Positions 42,308 through 54,493 of a stretch of 64,000 nt of DNA are shown here, piece after piece. Each line of letters begins with the position of its first letter. Position 1 is the first letter of the stretch. The position numbers and the translations under genes were made by a program. The stretch is from Raillietiella orientalis (Eukaryota). Below the pieces are notes generated by a model. The model searched no databases. It saw nothing but the letters and a program-made list of their open reading frames with translations, and had not been told where the DNA came from. The stretch spans positions 3,720,001 to 3,784,000 of the forward strand of contig JAYWIR010000005.1 of the NCBI GenBank assembly GCA_036172245.1, given 5' to 3'.

Positions 42308-44281
42308 TTATGGGGGAGATACAGGGTTGGTAGGAAAAAACACGGGGGGAAAAGGGTTTTCTTTCAACAGTATACTGGAATTATTGGAAGTAACAGGAAC
42401 AGAAGGCAGAGAGAGATAGCTTTTTTCCGAAGACTCAGCTGTATCTGTACAGCAGGGAGGTGAACATAGCAATTCACGTAATGTTTTTGCCTGAGGATCC
42501 ACAACAGCTGAGCTCACTTGATTCAGTATTAGCTGATTAGCATCAATTTTAAAATTTGCATCATCCTTTGACTCTGGAGTCTTTAGCAAATTGCTGACCG
42601 AGAAATGTTCCAATGCAGCTTTTGGTAGTGCCACAGATGACAAAGTAGATCCTGGATCAGAGCAAATATGTTGCATGGTACCATGATGCTTAAGACCCTG
42701 GGATGTTTTATAACTTTTCCCACAATGACAGCGAAATATTTTGCATCCTCTAAATATACATAAATTCTTTATGAAACAAACACTAAATACCGCACTTTGC
42801 ATCCTGTCGATGACCATTCTTTGCATGATATTTAATTCCATTGACGTTCTTGTATCTCTTCTTACATCCTGGAACAGGACATGCAAACGGTTTGCTATCT
42901 CCAGAACAACTACTGTATGTTGCATCAATAACAAGTCTGCAATAATCCAGCATGCACATACTTGCTTCCATATCGTAAAATGAACTCTGGACTGAATTCC
43001 TGCTTGGTTAACCATGAATCACTGCTATCTTCTGAATCAGAGACAGGATCTGGTTTCTTCTCTAAGGAATGTAACATTATAGTGAAATATAAACAGCTGT
43101 GAAGCTCTTTACCATAAACCTCTTGTGAAAACACTGGTTCCTTGAAAGCTATCTGTACATTTGACACTGACTTTGTCTCAGCAGCATATTTTGTAATTCC
43201 ATTGCAACTCTTGTCTAACTGACATCCAAAGGATGCATCATAAGGAGGTCCATTTTTCTGTGACAGGTCTGAGCAGAACCGCTGTATGTAACTTAGAGGC
43301 AAGGCACTAGGATGCTGTTGTTCCTGTTGCTCCAGAACCACCGGGTCATGGTCTGGGGGCAGGTATGCCTATAAGCAGATTTCCTGCAACTAACAGCAAA
43401 CATATGCAGCATGTTTGCACATAGAAGAATCATAAGAAAAGGGATGCAAGCTACCCAAATCTACTGCAGCATTTATGCACCATAAGCAGTCAGTACTCTA
43501 ATTCAAGGAAGGGAAATCTATAAAAAAATAGATGCATTCAAGCCAGATGAATCATTGCTCTAACTCATTGTCCTAACTGCAGTCCAAGCTTATAATTAGC
43601 GATGATCTGAAGCATTAATCATGCAAGCGAAAACAAAATAAGAAAATTAACTTAGTTGAAGCAAAGTCAGAATTAAACAACCATATGAAAGCAACCATGC
43701 TGTAAAAAAAAACAGGCTGATATTTTTCCAAACCCCATAATCCCTCTATTAGACAAGAGCAACAATCACAATACTTATTAGATTACAGTGTTCACTATGT
43801 TTCATCATCTTTAATTTACAACTAAAAATATTAAAGCCTTTTCCATTTCAGTTTGCAATGAGAAGTGATGCAATTTAAAGATGGGCATTAAGAAATTTAA
43901 AACACATAATCGCAGCTGAAATCATCTACTTCTTTTGATCACTGGGATTATTTCGATTCGCTCTGCACAATACAACTAACTTTAGCAATATTAAGCCTTA
44001 CTTCATGACCCTTAGCAATCGATATTATGACATGAAACGCATGTGTGCAATGAACATACATCCACAACAAACATATTCACACACATATATAAACACCAGC
44101 GGCTTTACTGCAAACTTGTATGCTTTCATTTTACAATCTTAATTTGGTAGCCGTCGGCCTTTCACGTATCCATTGTAATACCTATGTGGGTTTCCTCAAT
44201 ATGAAGAATCAAGTCACTAAGATTTGAAAAAATCAAACCACACCCATTAAACTTGCATATGTTAAGCAAAAAGACTGCCAT
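42308..44281 (-). CDS. JAZF1: Juxtaposed with another zinc finger protein 1
   Basis: Exon 1 44281-44182 (MAVFLLNICKFNGCG..LILHIEETHI), exon 2 from 43352 (PSALPLSYIQRF), then SEDSSDSWLTKQEFSPEFILRY, KPFACPVPGCKKRYKNVNGIKYHAKNGH and CHCGKSYKTSQGLKHH. Confidence 0.93.
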
Positions 44282-47109
44282 TTCTCATACATTACTTCCA
44301 TCGCAAAATACTGGTCATCTGTCCCGTCTATTAAGAAAAGACATTTTTTTTAGAAAGCATCTTAACACCGAAGGAATTCTTCAAAAAATTTAGGAACTGC
44401 CACATAACAAATTTCGAAATACTCAATAGAACATAGTGTCGAATGGACAAAAAAATACAAATTAAGAAGCATGCCAGCTTCAGTGTGGAGGTTTGCTGCA
44501 AAGAATCATCAGAAGATTCGGAATAGCATGCGATTCTATCTGATTATCTTAAAATTAATATATCTGCGTCAGCTAAGAATTTATCAGTCAATTGAGCTGA
44601 ACCACGACTTTATTCACATTTTCGAAATCGATGATTCAATGTGCAAAATTCAAACAATAGAGGTTCTTTTTTTTTTTCTGATGGTTTTTCGATCTGTAAC
44701 GTCAAAAAATTTGTAAGGGGAGCTTGAGAGGGGGAAAAAAATGCTTAAAAGATGCGGACTTGTAAAACTACATGAGATTTTTTTTTTTTAAAAAAATCGA
44801 GCTTTCGTACGGTCTTCCATTAAACATTCACTTTTCCTTAAAGAAAAAAGGATGCATCAACTTATTGGCATTTAATCTGATGGAAAGTGCATTTTTTTGA
44901 GACACATGAATGGAACTTCTGAAGTACTAAATTCTAGAGTAGGTACACTTGGATATCTGTATATGAATTACCGAAGAAATAAAAATCTTGTCACAAAAAT
45001 GGAGAAGAATCCTTCTCGAAATATTTGCAGTATTGTTGAGAACATCCTACAAAATGGATGCGGAGAAAGGTCAATTGCGCCCCCAACTTTCGGATGCCTC
45101 CCGAGATGAAATGCATTACTGAACCGACTGCATTACTTGATCCCACAGCAACCTTCACACTTGTGAAGGTGAGACAATTCATCGAACAACCTCCGTGATT
45201 GCAACTTTCCGTGTCTGTAAGCAATTCCGTTCAAATTAAAGGTGCTTGAAACGGATCGATCCTACAGCATTTCCTCGAGTGTATCACTTAGATCCAACCG
45301 CGAACGAATAAGACTGTGACTCCAAGCATGAAGTTATCAATGACGTTTCCAAAGGACAGAACTTCGAGTGTGTGCAGTTGATGTAATAACTGCCGATGCC
45401 GCCGCCACTGAGCTCCAAAATTCAAGGATTCAACACAGTTGCTATGTCAGCAGCAACGGGACTTGGGAAGAACACAAGGAAATTGAGCAACTTTCAGCAG
45501 TTCGGGGACGTAAATGGTCATTTCGGGTCTTGTATTGGGAATTCTACCTAGAAGATTTGCTGTGGAAATATGCAAACATCAATGACCATTTTCATATCAT
45601 AGGCACTCAAAGTTCTGCTGTTTTACTCGAATAAACCGTATTCTCAAGTACCTCCATAGACAGCTTTCATATATTCTTAAGGAGATTAGTTTCAACTCTT
45701 GGGTACGCATGACTTCGAAAACAAAATTATTCTGGAAGACTAATTCGAAATCGAATTTTCCGGAGGGCCTTAAGTCTTCCACCTTTAAGAATCCCTGATG
45801 TGAATAGATGTTGTTTTCCTAATCTGCCATCTTTGTCATCATCCTCAAGGACCCAAGTGGACCCAAGTCCGTTGCATCTCGTTTTCTCGAAGGATCTAAT
45901 CTGTAATGCTGCTGAGAATTCAACTAGTAACTTGCACAGCTTATAGAAGCCGAAACGAATATTTGTCTTTGAGTTCCAATTCTTCTATGATTTTGGTCGG
46001 GTATCCTCGCTCATTGCCAATTAAAAGTTATCTCTCTTTTTCTTGGATAAGCAACGTTTGGTCCTTGCTAACAACGAAAGAGCCCACATATAACTCCAGA
46101 AGCCATTTCTATATTCCCTGCATTGTATTTCCACATATTGTAGTTCTTTGTATTTCTTTCACTTACCTTAATTCTTACTTGGACTGTTTTTGGTAATTTT
46201 AATGTTTTTGGCTAGTTGCACTTCCTTCGCCTACATACTACAACTCTTGCATGACCACTTTCATATTCATCGCAGAGGGTGTGAACATGTTGAGCCCCAA
46301 AAGTGATATACACTGCTTTATGCCCTTGAGTCACATGTGGAATTTGTATGTAAACATACGAACTCAGCAACAATGTAGTGGTTATATGACAAATATCACT
46401 GGACGCTATCAGAAAAGAAACATGAAGTTATGAGTTGCTCTTTTTGATTAACTTTCAATTAACGCTTTCGAGTATTTATCTCTTTAAAGTAAGCTTGATA
46501 TTTTATTGACAAATGGGGAATGCATTCAGGACTCTATTGCAAATCTGAAATATCCAGCAATATAAGAATCGAAATTGTGATAAGATAGTAGAAATCCATT
46601 GATGTAGAGTAATCGGCTCCAAAATCTTAATCTAAATCAGCACTTCAGTCACGATGAGTCCTTTCTACACGACTAAGGTTTGACTCTTCTGAGCATTTCT
46701 AAGAATTTGAGAAATCATTCCTCACACAGGCAAAAAGGATTTTCGTAGAAGACATGATTTCTGTCGTCCTGTTTGAAACTGATGGCAAAAAGTAGACTTG
46801 CTTTCGTATAGTTCCCCCGAGGGGCTCACCTTTCTGAACTTCAATCTTTGACAAATTCGAGATCAATGTTTTTCACATTCCCATTTACTTATGATCGAGC
46901 TTCCTCAACAGAATCCAAAGTTCGAGAATCGTATCCTTTCATAGAAGTTTGAATTATGGATGGTACACATGCTTTTCTTAATGCAACCAGCATATGACTA
47001 TTTGGTTTCCTGGGTTCGCACTTCTGATTTTCCCTCCAGCTCCCTCCAGCAGAGCAGTGGATTTCATCTTCCTAATTTATAGAAATACCCGCGGAGGCGA
47101 AGATATCAG

Positions 47110-47140
47110 GAGAACATATCAGATATTTCTGCTTTAGAAC
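47110..47140 (-). pseudogene. U2 snRNA fragment (stem IIa region) downstream of a LINE remnant
   Basis: GTTCTAAAGCAGAAATATCTGATATGTTCTC compared with U2 GTTCTTATCAGTTTAATATCTGATACGTCCTC. Confidence 0.4.
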
Positions 47141-48250
47141 GCATCGATTGAAGACACACAACTCGGAAGATGAATGGCATGGAACCAAAACCGGAAATTT
47201 GATGTCCAACCTGAAATGAGTCTATCTTCATTGTGAGGAATCCATAAATAGAAAGCAACAAACCACGGAAAAGCTCAAGAGTCTCGTACATTCGAGAATT
47301 ACAAGCATCACATCTAGCAGAAGGTGTATTCGAGGGAAAATTGTGTACCTCCGCACTGAGCGATCCCAATTGAAAATGGGGCCTTGCGCTTACGAAACAG
47401 GAAAACCAAAATGGGTTTTGCTGGAGACAATTTGCTAAAGACCATGATCCAACGTCCACGTAAAAAAAAAAAAAAATTCAAAAGCAGCACCATCAATACA
47501 ACATTAGGTGGTTGGAAAAGGACTAGAAATCAACGAATGCAGATTTCCGAAGAGAAACAGAATCCGCGCCAATGGACTGGGCCCACAGAAAGTGATGCCG
47601 AGAATCGTGGACGTTGTTTACGACTGGTATGCCGTGAAGCTTTTTCCGGATACCAAGTTAAAAATGAGAACCCCTCCAAACGTCCATCGAGCACTCAAGC
47701 AGATTGGATCGTTGGGACTAAAGAAATGAATTCCATGTACGGAATAAAAATGAGCGGCAAGAGCTCATTAAATTTCGGTGCCTCGCAAAAAAGCAGATCC
47801 TTTCGCTCATTGCGAATTCAACCTAATCCTGCAAGCCGTTTCGCACCTTATTTTTTGCTGCTATTGTGATGCTGCACTGCTAAAATCAACTTGGATAGCA
47901 GCTGAAACGTAACTCAGTACCACGGCTGAGCCTCTAAACTGCACCCTGCCAAAGACCTACATGACTGTGTGAATGCGCTTTTGATAACAAGCTCCACCAA
48001 CGCCAGTGCCTTTTTTACGATCGTAGAAGCGTGATCGAAATTGGATGATCTCATGTCCCTGTAAGAGAAGAGGTGAAAGTTTCGCTTGGAGTCAAGAAGA
48101 TTTAAAAGAACTCGATGTCTATCGTTCATCATTCGCGCATGTACGCACTTGGTGCGGTAAAGTGCATCTCTTCCTTCGCCATCCTGCGGACCGAAGAGAC
48201 AATTATACATTACTGTTCTCGTTCATTCCATGAACACTGTTGCTCATAAT
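47140..48250 (-). mobile_element. Heavily degraded 3' part of a Utopia/NeSL-like element
   Basis: CLFGPQDGEG..VLLNLLDSK resembles the post-RT LYG..GG..FKLLxSxD block. Weak later matches (RSNLL, YVDV, LGSL) occur in the expected order. Confidence 0.3.
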
Positions 48251-49428
48251 GCTTACTTCTTGAAAATATCTTTTCAGGAAGATAATCAATGTGGAGCACG
48301 CAAATAATCATTATCTTTAATCTCGACCCGATTTTGAAAAACGCACAAGTTAGCAAACTTTCTCATACCCAGTTCGAAGCTGGCAGCATCCTGACCGATA
48401 TAGGGAGCAGCAGTAGAAACGTCCAAGACTACCGAACCCCAACTCCCGCACAAAGAGGACGTGATAGCGTACCAACACCAAGGACTTTAAAGGTAGCCAA
48501 TTCGTTTTATTGAAGCACGGAACAAGCGGCCGTTCGCGTTCAACCCCTGCAAACACCCGATGCATGCGTTTCGGTAGACGAACACTTGCGACGGCCCCCG
48601 TGCTGTCCGAACAAGGAACCGGAAAACAGCATCCGTTCTGCCAGCATGCAGAGAGTCGCAAACTCATCCCATCTTCCGCGAGGCGCCTGCCGAAGCGGGT
48701 GCTCATCGCTCCACCGAAGCTGCGTCCTCGACAAACCATTTCCGACGATGATACCACCGTGCAGCCAACGGACGTGCGATCGACACGCCATCCACCCTCC
48801 GGCAACCTGCGCCCGTCCAGCCGGCCCGTCGCGGGACCTCCCGGAACGCGGACCGCGGCGAGGGCGCAAACAACCGAAGCGGCACCGGGGCGCGCCACTT
48901 TGGTGCACTTCGGCGTGCTGCTGCTGCTGCTCTCTGCAAATCCGCTGCTACCCATCCGTCGAAAAGAAGGCAGATTCGCAGAAAGATCTCCATCGAGGAG
49001 CGAAGTCGCGGAAAGATGCGAGGAAACCGCGCGCCTCCACATCCGTCGGAAAAAGTGAGCGCAATCGGCAGCAAGGAAACGACCAACACTGGCACTCTTG
49101 ACAGCAGTCCCATCCCGCGCAGTGGTTCTTACGCATCTTCAGGAGCGCCGGCAAGAGTTGCGCTTCCGAGTCGCTTCGTTCCCGTTCCGCGTTTTCCCCC
49201 TTTTTTGACCCTTGTCAGCAGATCGCCCGGTTGCCATTTCGATTCCTTTCCAAGCCCACCAAGCTCGTCGGGAGGGCTGCAGGTGAGCGAACCCTCCTCG
49301 GCTTTCTACGGACAGCTCAAGTTCCGCTTTCACCGAACCCGCTTAAAGGCCTTTCCCCACGTGGGAAGCCAGCCAGGCACCGGAACGTCCAACCAGGGAC
49401 AAAGTCCGGGAAGTCGATTCTTGGCGGG

Positions 49429-49448
49429 GCGGCGGCGGCGGCGGCGGC

Positions 49449-49490
<42 letters not shown>
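49429..49490 (+). repeat. Compound trinucleotide microsatellite (GCG)n(CAG)n
   Basis: gcggcggcg.. followed directly by cagcagcag.. in the sequence. Confidence 0.95.
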
Positions 49491-49491
<1 letters not shown>

Positions 49492-49780
49492 GGGATGGCG
49501 AAAACCGAAAGTACCGAACTTGGGAGCGGGAACTTTGCGAGGAAAAACGCCGTTTTCGGAAAACCGGAAGTCCCGGATAGCCGCCAAAGGATGCGACTGC
49601 CAGACTTCAAGCAACAAGCAGTTTATTGACTGGACTTTACGATGGCCAACAGGATCAGCTCCTCAGTCGTGGAAAAAACACCTCACCCATCCGCAATCTG
49701 CCGGAGATTCGCAAGCCGAGAGTGCAGATCACGAAGCTCATCTTCTCAAGCTACACGAGGCTGCATTCGGGGAATGCGCA

Positions 49781-52314
49781 TCACACGGGCGGCCGAAGAT
49801 CCAGATGTTCGTAAACCTTCTCCACCAGATCATCTTTCCGCAATTTCGACACGGGAATTCCAACGCCGCTCAGATAAGTTTTCAACACTTCCACAGTCAG
49901 CTTATGCACCTGAGGCAATTCCGGGTGAAACTGGGACAAACCTGGCAAACCATTTTACCCTTCCCATTTCAGCTTCCAGCTGCATGTCCACGTGGAGAAC
50001 CTTGCTTTGCTTCGGAGTCGACGACGTTTCCGGATGCGCTCGTTTCGCCACCGCGCCAGCACCCCATCCGTCGGGTAGAGTGCACTCCAGGAATTTCTGC
50101 AATGCGTCACTGGCTACTTGCAACCGCTGCGTGCAAGCTGAACGCGAAGGGTGCACAGTTGCTCAAGTGAAAACGCGCTACTCACCCAGAGGGTCCTCGA
50201 ACGGTTCCACTTCAACACGGTCTAAAGCCAGTGCCTCGACGTTGCGCCAGTGGATCTGAATGACGGGATTAGGGAAGTCCTCGCTTTTGAAGGGGAACGT
50301 GAGACGGGAAACGAGTTCCGTTGCTGCCTGCACCTGGTCCACAGCAGGAACCTGCACGCTCCCAGAGCCGGTAATCTTGCGGACGTCTTCGGCAAAAGGC
50401 AGGCAAATCATGTGGAAACCACAAGGAACGAGGGTGCTGGGTCCGGAGCAGGAGGCTTGTGCTTCCGACTGAGGCACAAGTGCTACCAATCTGGGGCCAA
50501 CATAGCGCCTGGGCACCCACCACGCCACCCCCAGCACGGCCTTGCGCAAACAGGCATCCAATAAAGCTCGAAACACGGTGGAACTTCCTGACCATTTTGC
50601 TTTGGGAACGCAAACCCTTTCAGCACTACCTGCAATCAGCTTATCGTCTGGGTACAGAAACGATGCAGGTCGCACGTGGTAATGCAGCTTGAGATGGCTT
50701 AGCGGTTTGAAACCAACTAACCGGATGGAAACTCCACCGAAATCCCGCATCTGGCGCACTTCCTCCTGCGCAGAAAACACAATCAAAGCGACACCCTAGA
50801 CCTCTTCACCCCGTGGCACGTGCAAAGCTTGCAAGATGCACAAGGCCAGGAAAGAGGAACATGGACAGAAGAAGAAGAACGGTGAGAGCGCAGCCGCACG
50901 CAGAGTTCTCACCGCAGAGAAACAGATTTTCCTTCCACCATGCTCCTGGTACCTTGTCAGATCAGCAGGCAGCAGCACCTCACCTGTTTTCTGGGTAACA
51001 AAACAGCCATCTTGCCTTGTCAGAGAGAAAAAGGCACCGTACCCCGTGAAACATCTTCTGGACCACCTTCACTTCCTCATTCGTTTGCTTGTTCAGGTTG
51101 ATTTTCCACGGGCGCGGTAGGGGTCTGTCCACACAAGCCAGCAAGCAAAATGGTCTTCCCTCTGCTTGCCCATTCCGTTGGCTGGCTCACCTGATCAGAT
51201 TGTGCAAGGACACGCCACATTTGAGATCCCCAGCAACGCTCAGCACAGCCGCACCACTGCTGCTGATCTTGTAATTCTTGCGCCAAACCCAACTCAACAT
51301 GTCCTCCCAACTGCCTGAACCGGGAAGCGGTTGCTCTGGATCAAGAAGATCCTGCAAAAAAAAGGGGGGGAAACCAGGTTGCTGCTCGATCCCACTGACG
51401 CAGCACTCCAGCACCTTGTAAAACTTCTGGAAATCGAACGTGGCTCCCAAAGGGATGACCTCCAGTTGAATTCCGGAATCACGGATGTCTTGGCCCTTCT
51501 GCCTGGCCAAGCGCTGCCACTGCACATCTTCCGGATGAGGATCATCGTTGCAAGTAAACAGCAGTATACGTTGGGAAGCCAGATGCCCTCTGCGCACCAC
51601 CTGGATCTTCTCCACCGCCCACTCCTTTCACTCCCCTCCCTCCCCATCCCCCCTTCTTCCTTACCCGTTCTTGAACATTCCCATGCAAATCCACAGGGCG
51701 TCGCTGAACGAGTACTCGTCGCAACACCCATGCTGCCAAGGAGATCCTTCCGATCCGCACGCTGCTGCTGCTGCTGCACACACAGTCGCCAATCCACAGG
51801 GAACACACACACACGGCCTACCTTGAATCGCTCCTTCCCAAAGCCTTGATGTGCGATGCCGAAGGGGGTTCCAAACCTTGGAAATATCGTTATGTGCGGG
51901 GGGAACTCCAAAAGTTGCTCGTCGTTTCCCTGTTCCGATCAACACCACACCTATCAGATCCCTATCGTCGCTGATTATTTTCCTGCGTAAGGTGCTGTAG
52001 GTGCACTGGTGGAGACAAAAGAAAGAAAAAGAAAAAACGAGAGAGAGAGAGAGAGCGAAAAAGAAGAAAACAAAAAAGAAAACACCCCACCAACCCAAAG
52101 CAGCCGCGACGCGCGCAATGAGCTCTCTCGCGCGCGCGGCTACCTGCACAGCCATCTGCACGAAACTTGGGGAAGGAGGCGCGGCGCAAGAGTCGTGCAT
52201 TTTCCTCGTGCAGTCTATTGCAAATATCAAGGCATCCTTCCCTCGCTTGAAGAAAACAGCTTCCGCACCTTCTTCTTCCTCTTCCTCGTCGCACAGAACG
52301 ATTTAGTCCTTCAT
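49781..52314 (-). CDS. XRCC6: Ku70 (vWA, Ku core, SAP domain); assembled sequence has an early stop and three compensating 1-bp insertions
   Basis: KDALIFAIDC, IISDDRDLIGVV, YSFSDALWIC, RILLFTCNDDPH, LVGFKPL..HVRPASFLYPDD, PRLVALVPQ, GFHMICLPFAEDVR, FPNPVIQIHWRNVEALAL, and SAP domain KLTVEVLKTYL..LRKDDLVEKV. TGA at 49781; AATAAA on the minus strand at ~49622. Confidence 0.92.
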
Positions 52315-54493
52315 GACGAACTGCCGACAATACACAACCAGCACCGCGCTCGTCACACTGCTGGCCGTGGCAGGCGAGCAGCCGCCGAGCGCGCCAGCGC
52401 GCCAAGAGACGCGCGTTCCCTCTGCGCGGACGAACAACCCGCGTGGCGACCGCACAACCCGGCCCCAGGGTTACCGCCGCGAAAACGCCCGAAAGGCAAG
52501 AGGAAGTAAGATGTGCGTGCGTGCGCACGCTCCAAGGGAACCCCGTCTCCGCACTTCCGCAACACGTCTGCCGTCAGCTGATCCGCGAAACGCTCAGCGA
52601 CGTTCGCGCTGAAAGGAAGCAGGCCGCTTGCTTTCGCTCCCGCTTTCCCGGAAGAAGAAAGGCGCAGGAGTCGCTTCGGAAACCAGCAGCTCTCGAAGCC
52701 GCAGACGACGCTGCCCTTGCGGCAGCGACCGCTCGCCGCCGTGGGAAGCGCTCCAGGCACCGCAGGGCGTCTGCACCGCGGCGCTTCGCCGCCTCTCTTG
52801 CGAGAAACGCAGCAAAGCCTGCTTTTTCCGAATTCCGCCTTCCCTTCATCGAGCAGCGCGCCCACCACCGTAACGAAGTACGATCGAGCGTCCCCAGCAG
52901 CAGACCACTCTTCCGTTCGAGGGTGCGGTGGTAGCGCCTCCGCATCCGCCATGCGCAGGAGGCGGCGGCGCTGGCGCACCCTGCCGACTCAGCCCACAAC
53001 TCCGTGGTGGACGGCGCCCGTGAGCGACCATCCGGGATGATCCTGGATGGCGTCGTTTCGACGTGCGGCAGAATTTCGTTTCCGCTGCACTGGGTGTTCG
53101 CTCGCGGCGCGAGAGTCAACCCGAGATGCACCGCGATCGGGTGTCAAACTCGGGAGTGCCCATTTTTACATGCACCGCGACGAGATCGCGGGCCGTCCCA
53201 AAGCCTGGCAGCAAACGGATGCGTGCCACCGTGGGTCGGCGAGCGGGAAAGGATCCCTTGGCCTCCCGCTTTCCGGATCGCGCTCGTCCTCGGCCAACGG
53301 CGCGGGAACCTCCGCGATCCGGGGGACGGGACTTTTTCGTTCTTGGTGAATTCGTAGGGACCACGGCACGTAGCTGGCGGACTTCCTTGCAACGCAGCAA
53401 GGAGCGATCCCTGCACGCTGGGGTCACCAGCCGGGCAGTGCGAGGATGGCCAGTGCCGAACGCGAACGCAGAACGGCGTAGCCGGGTCGGTCGGCATGGG
53501 GAGCGCGTTGCGCACGGCAACAGCAGCAAGTGCGCCGCGCTCCAGGAAAGAGGACTCGCGCAGCTGGACGTGGTCGCCATGCAAACGCGACCGTCGCGAT
53601 CGTCGTGCGGCCCGCTCGGTGGGAGCCAAGCGCGCCCGTTTCCTTTCGCGCACATCCGGGTGCCTCCCGCCCGGATATCCCCGAGGTGGGGGGTGTCCCA
53701 GATGATCTTGGTCCGGCCGGACCGGAACTCTGCGCCTTCCTCTCTGGAGAGTTGCGAGTGAGAGGAGGCCACGAGCGTCCGGCAGGCTGCGCGCGCTTCC
53801 AGGCCGTTTCCCCTCTCCGAGAGCGACCGCCGCTGCAGACTCTTCGGGACGGGTGCCGGGGAAGGAAGCTGGGACGGTCGCTAGGAGGCGACAGCAAGCC
53901 CCCGGCACCACTCTTCGCAGGAAGCACCGTAGGAGGAAATCCCTCGTCCGGCAACGCGCGGAGCGGACGAGAAGGCGGAGGAACCCATGCGCCCCCTTCC
54001 TCCCTCCTGGCACGTCTTCGATCAGGGGAGGAGAGGGAAGAGAGCCCCCAGGGTTCTCCCCAACTCGACGCTTCTTACCCCCCGAGTTCCCACTTGGCGG
54101 CGGCGGCGGCGGCGGCTGCATGAGCGGTTCGCGAAAGCACCGCGCGCCGCCCGCAGGGTGGTGTTTCCTTCCGCGTGTCGTCACCGAGCCCGCCGTCCTT
54201 TTCCGCCAGGAGCTGCGCGCGAAGCGGCGGTTGAGGGCGCGTTCACGTTTCCGCACCTGCCGACTGCGGCGCACCGTTTCGTGCGACGAGGGAAGCGCGC
54301 GCGCCTCTCCAGGACAAGTGCTGCCCGGTTGGCGTGCGCCAAGCCGCCCTGCGCCACCCCTTCCGGCTCGCGAAAACCGGGAAGGCAAACCCGCGCTCGC
54401 GAACGCGCCCCCACCCTCCCACCCCCCTCCACCGCGCACCGCGTGCGTTTCAAGATGAGACTTTATTTCTGTCCGCCAGGGTGCTCACGTCGC

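Noticed and set aside
42913..42961. Second in-frame acceptor in JAZF1 (42938-42937)
   Set aside because: It would need a 25-nt intron, shorter than any other here; the 49-nt intron is preferred.
44900..46400. LQHFLEC, resembling a LINE zinc-knuckle remnant
   Set aside because: Isolated 7-aa motif; boundaries and family cannot be supported.
49016..50170. 384-aa plus-strand ORF with poly-R/poly-Q
   Set aside because: It is antisense to the Ku70 3' exons and runs across a microsatellite in GC-rich DNA; no domain.
52400..54450. Many long overlapping ORFs (e.g. 53144-54439, 431 aa)
   Set aside because: These are Arg/Gly/Pro/Ala-rich frames expected from high GC; no family motif or consistent splice model was found.
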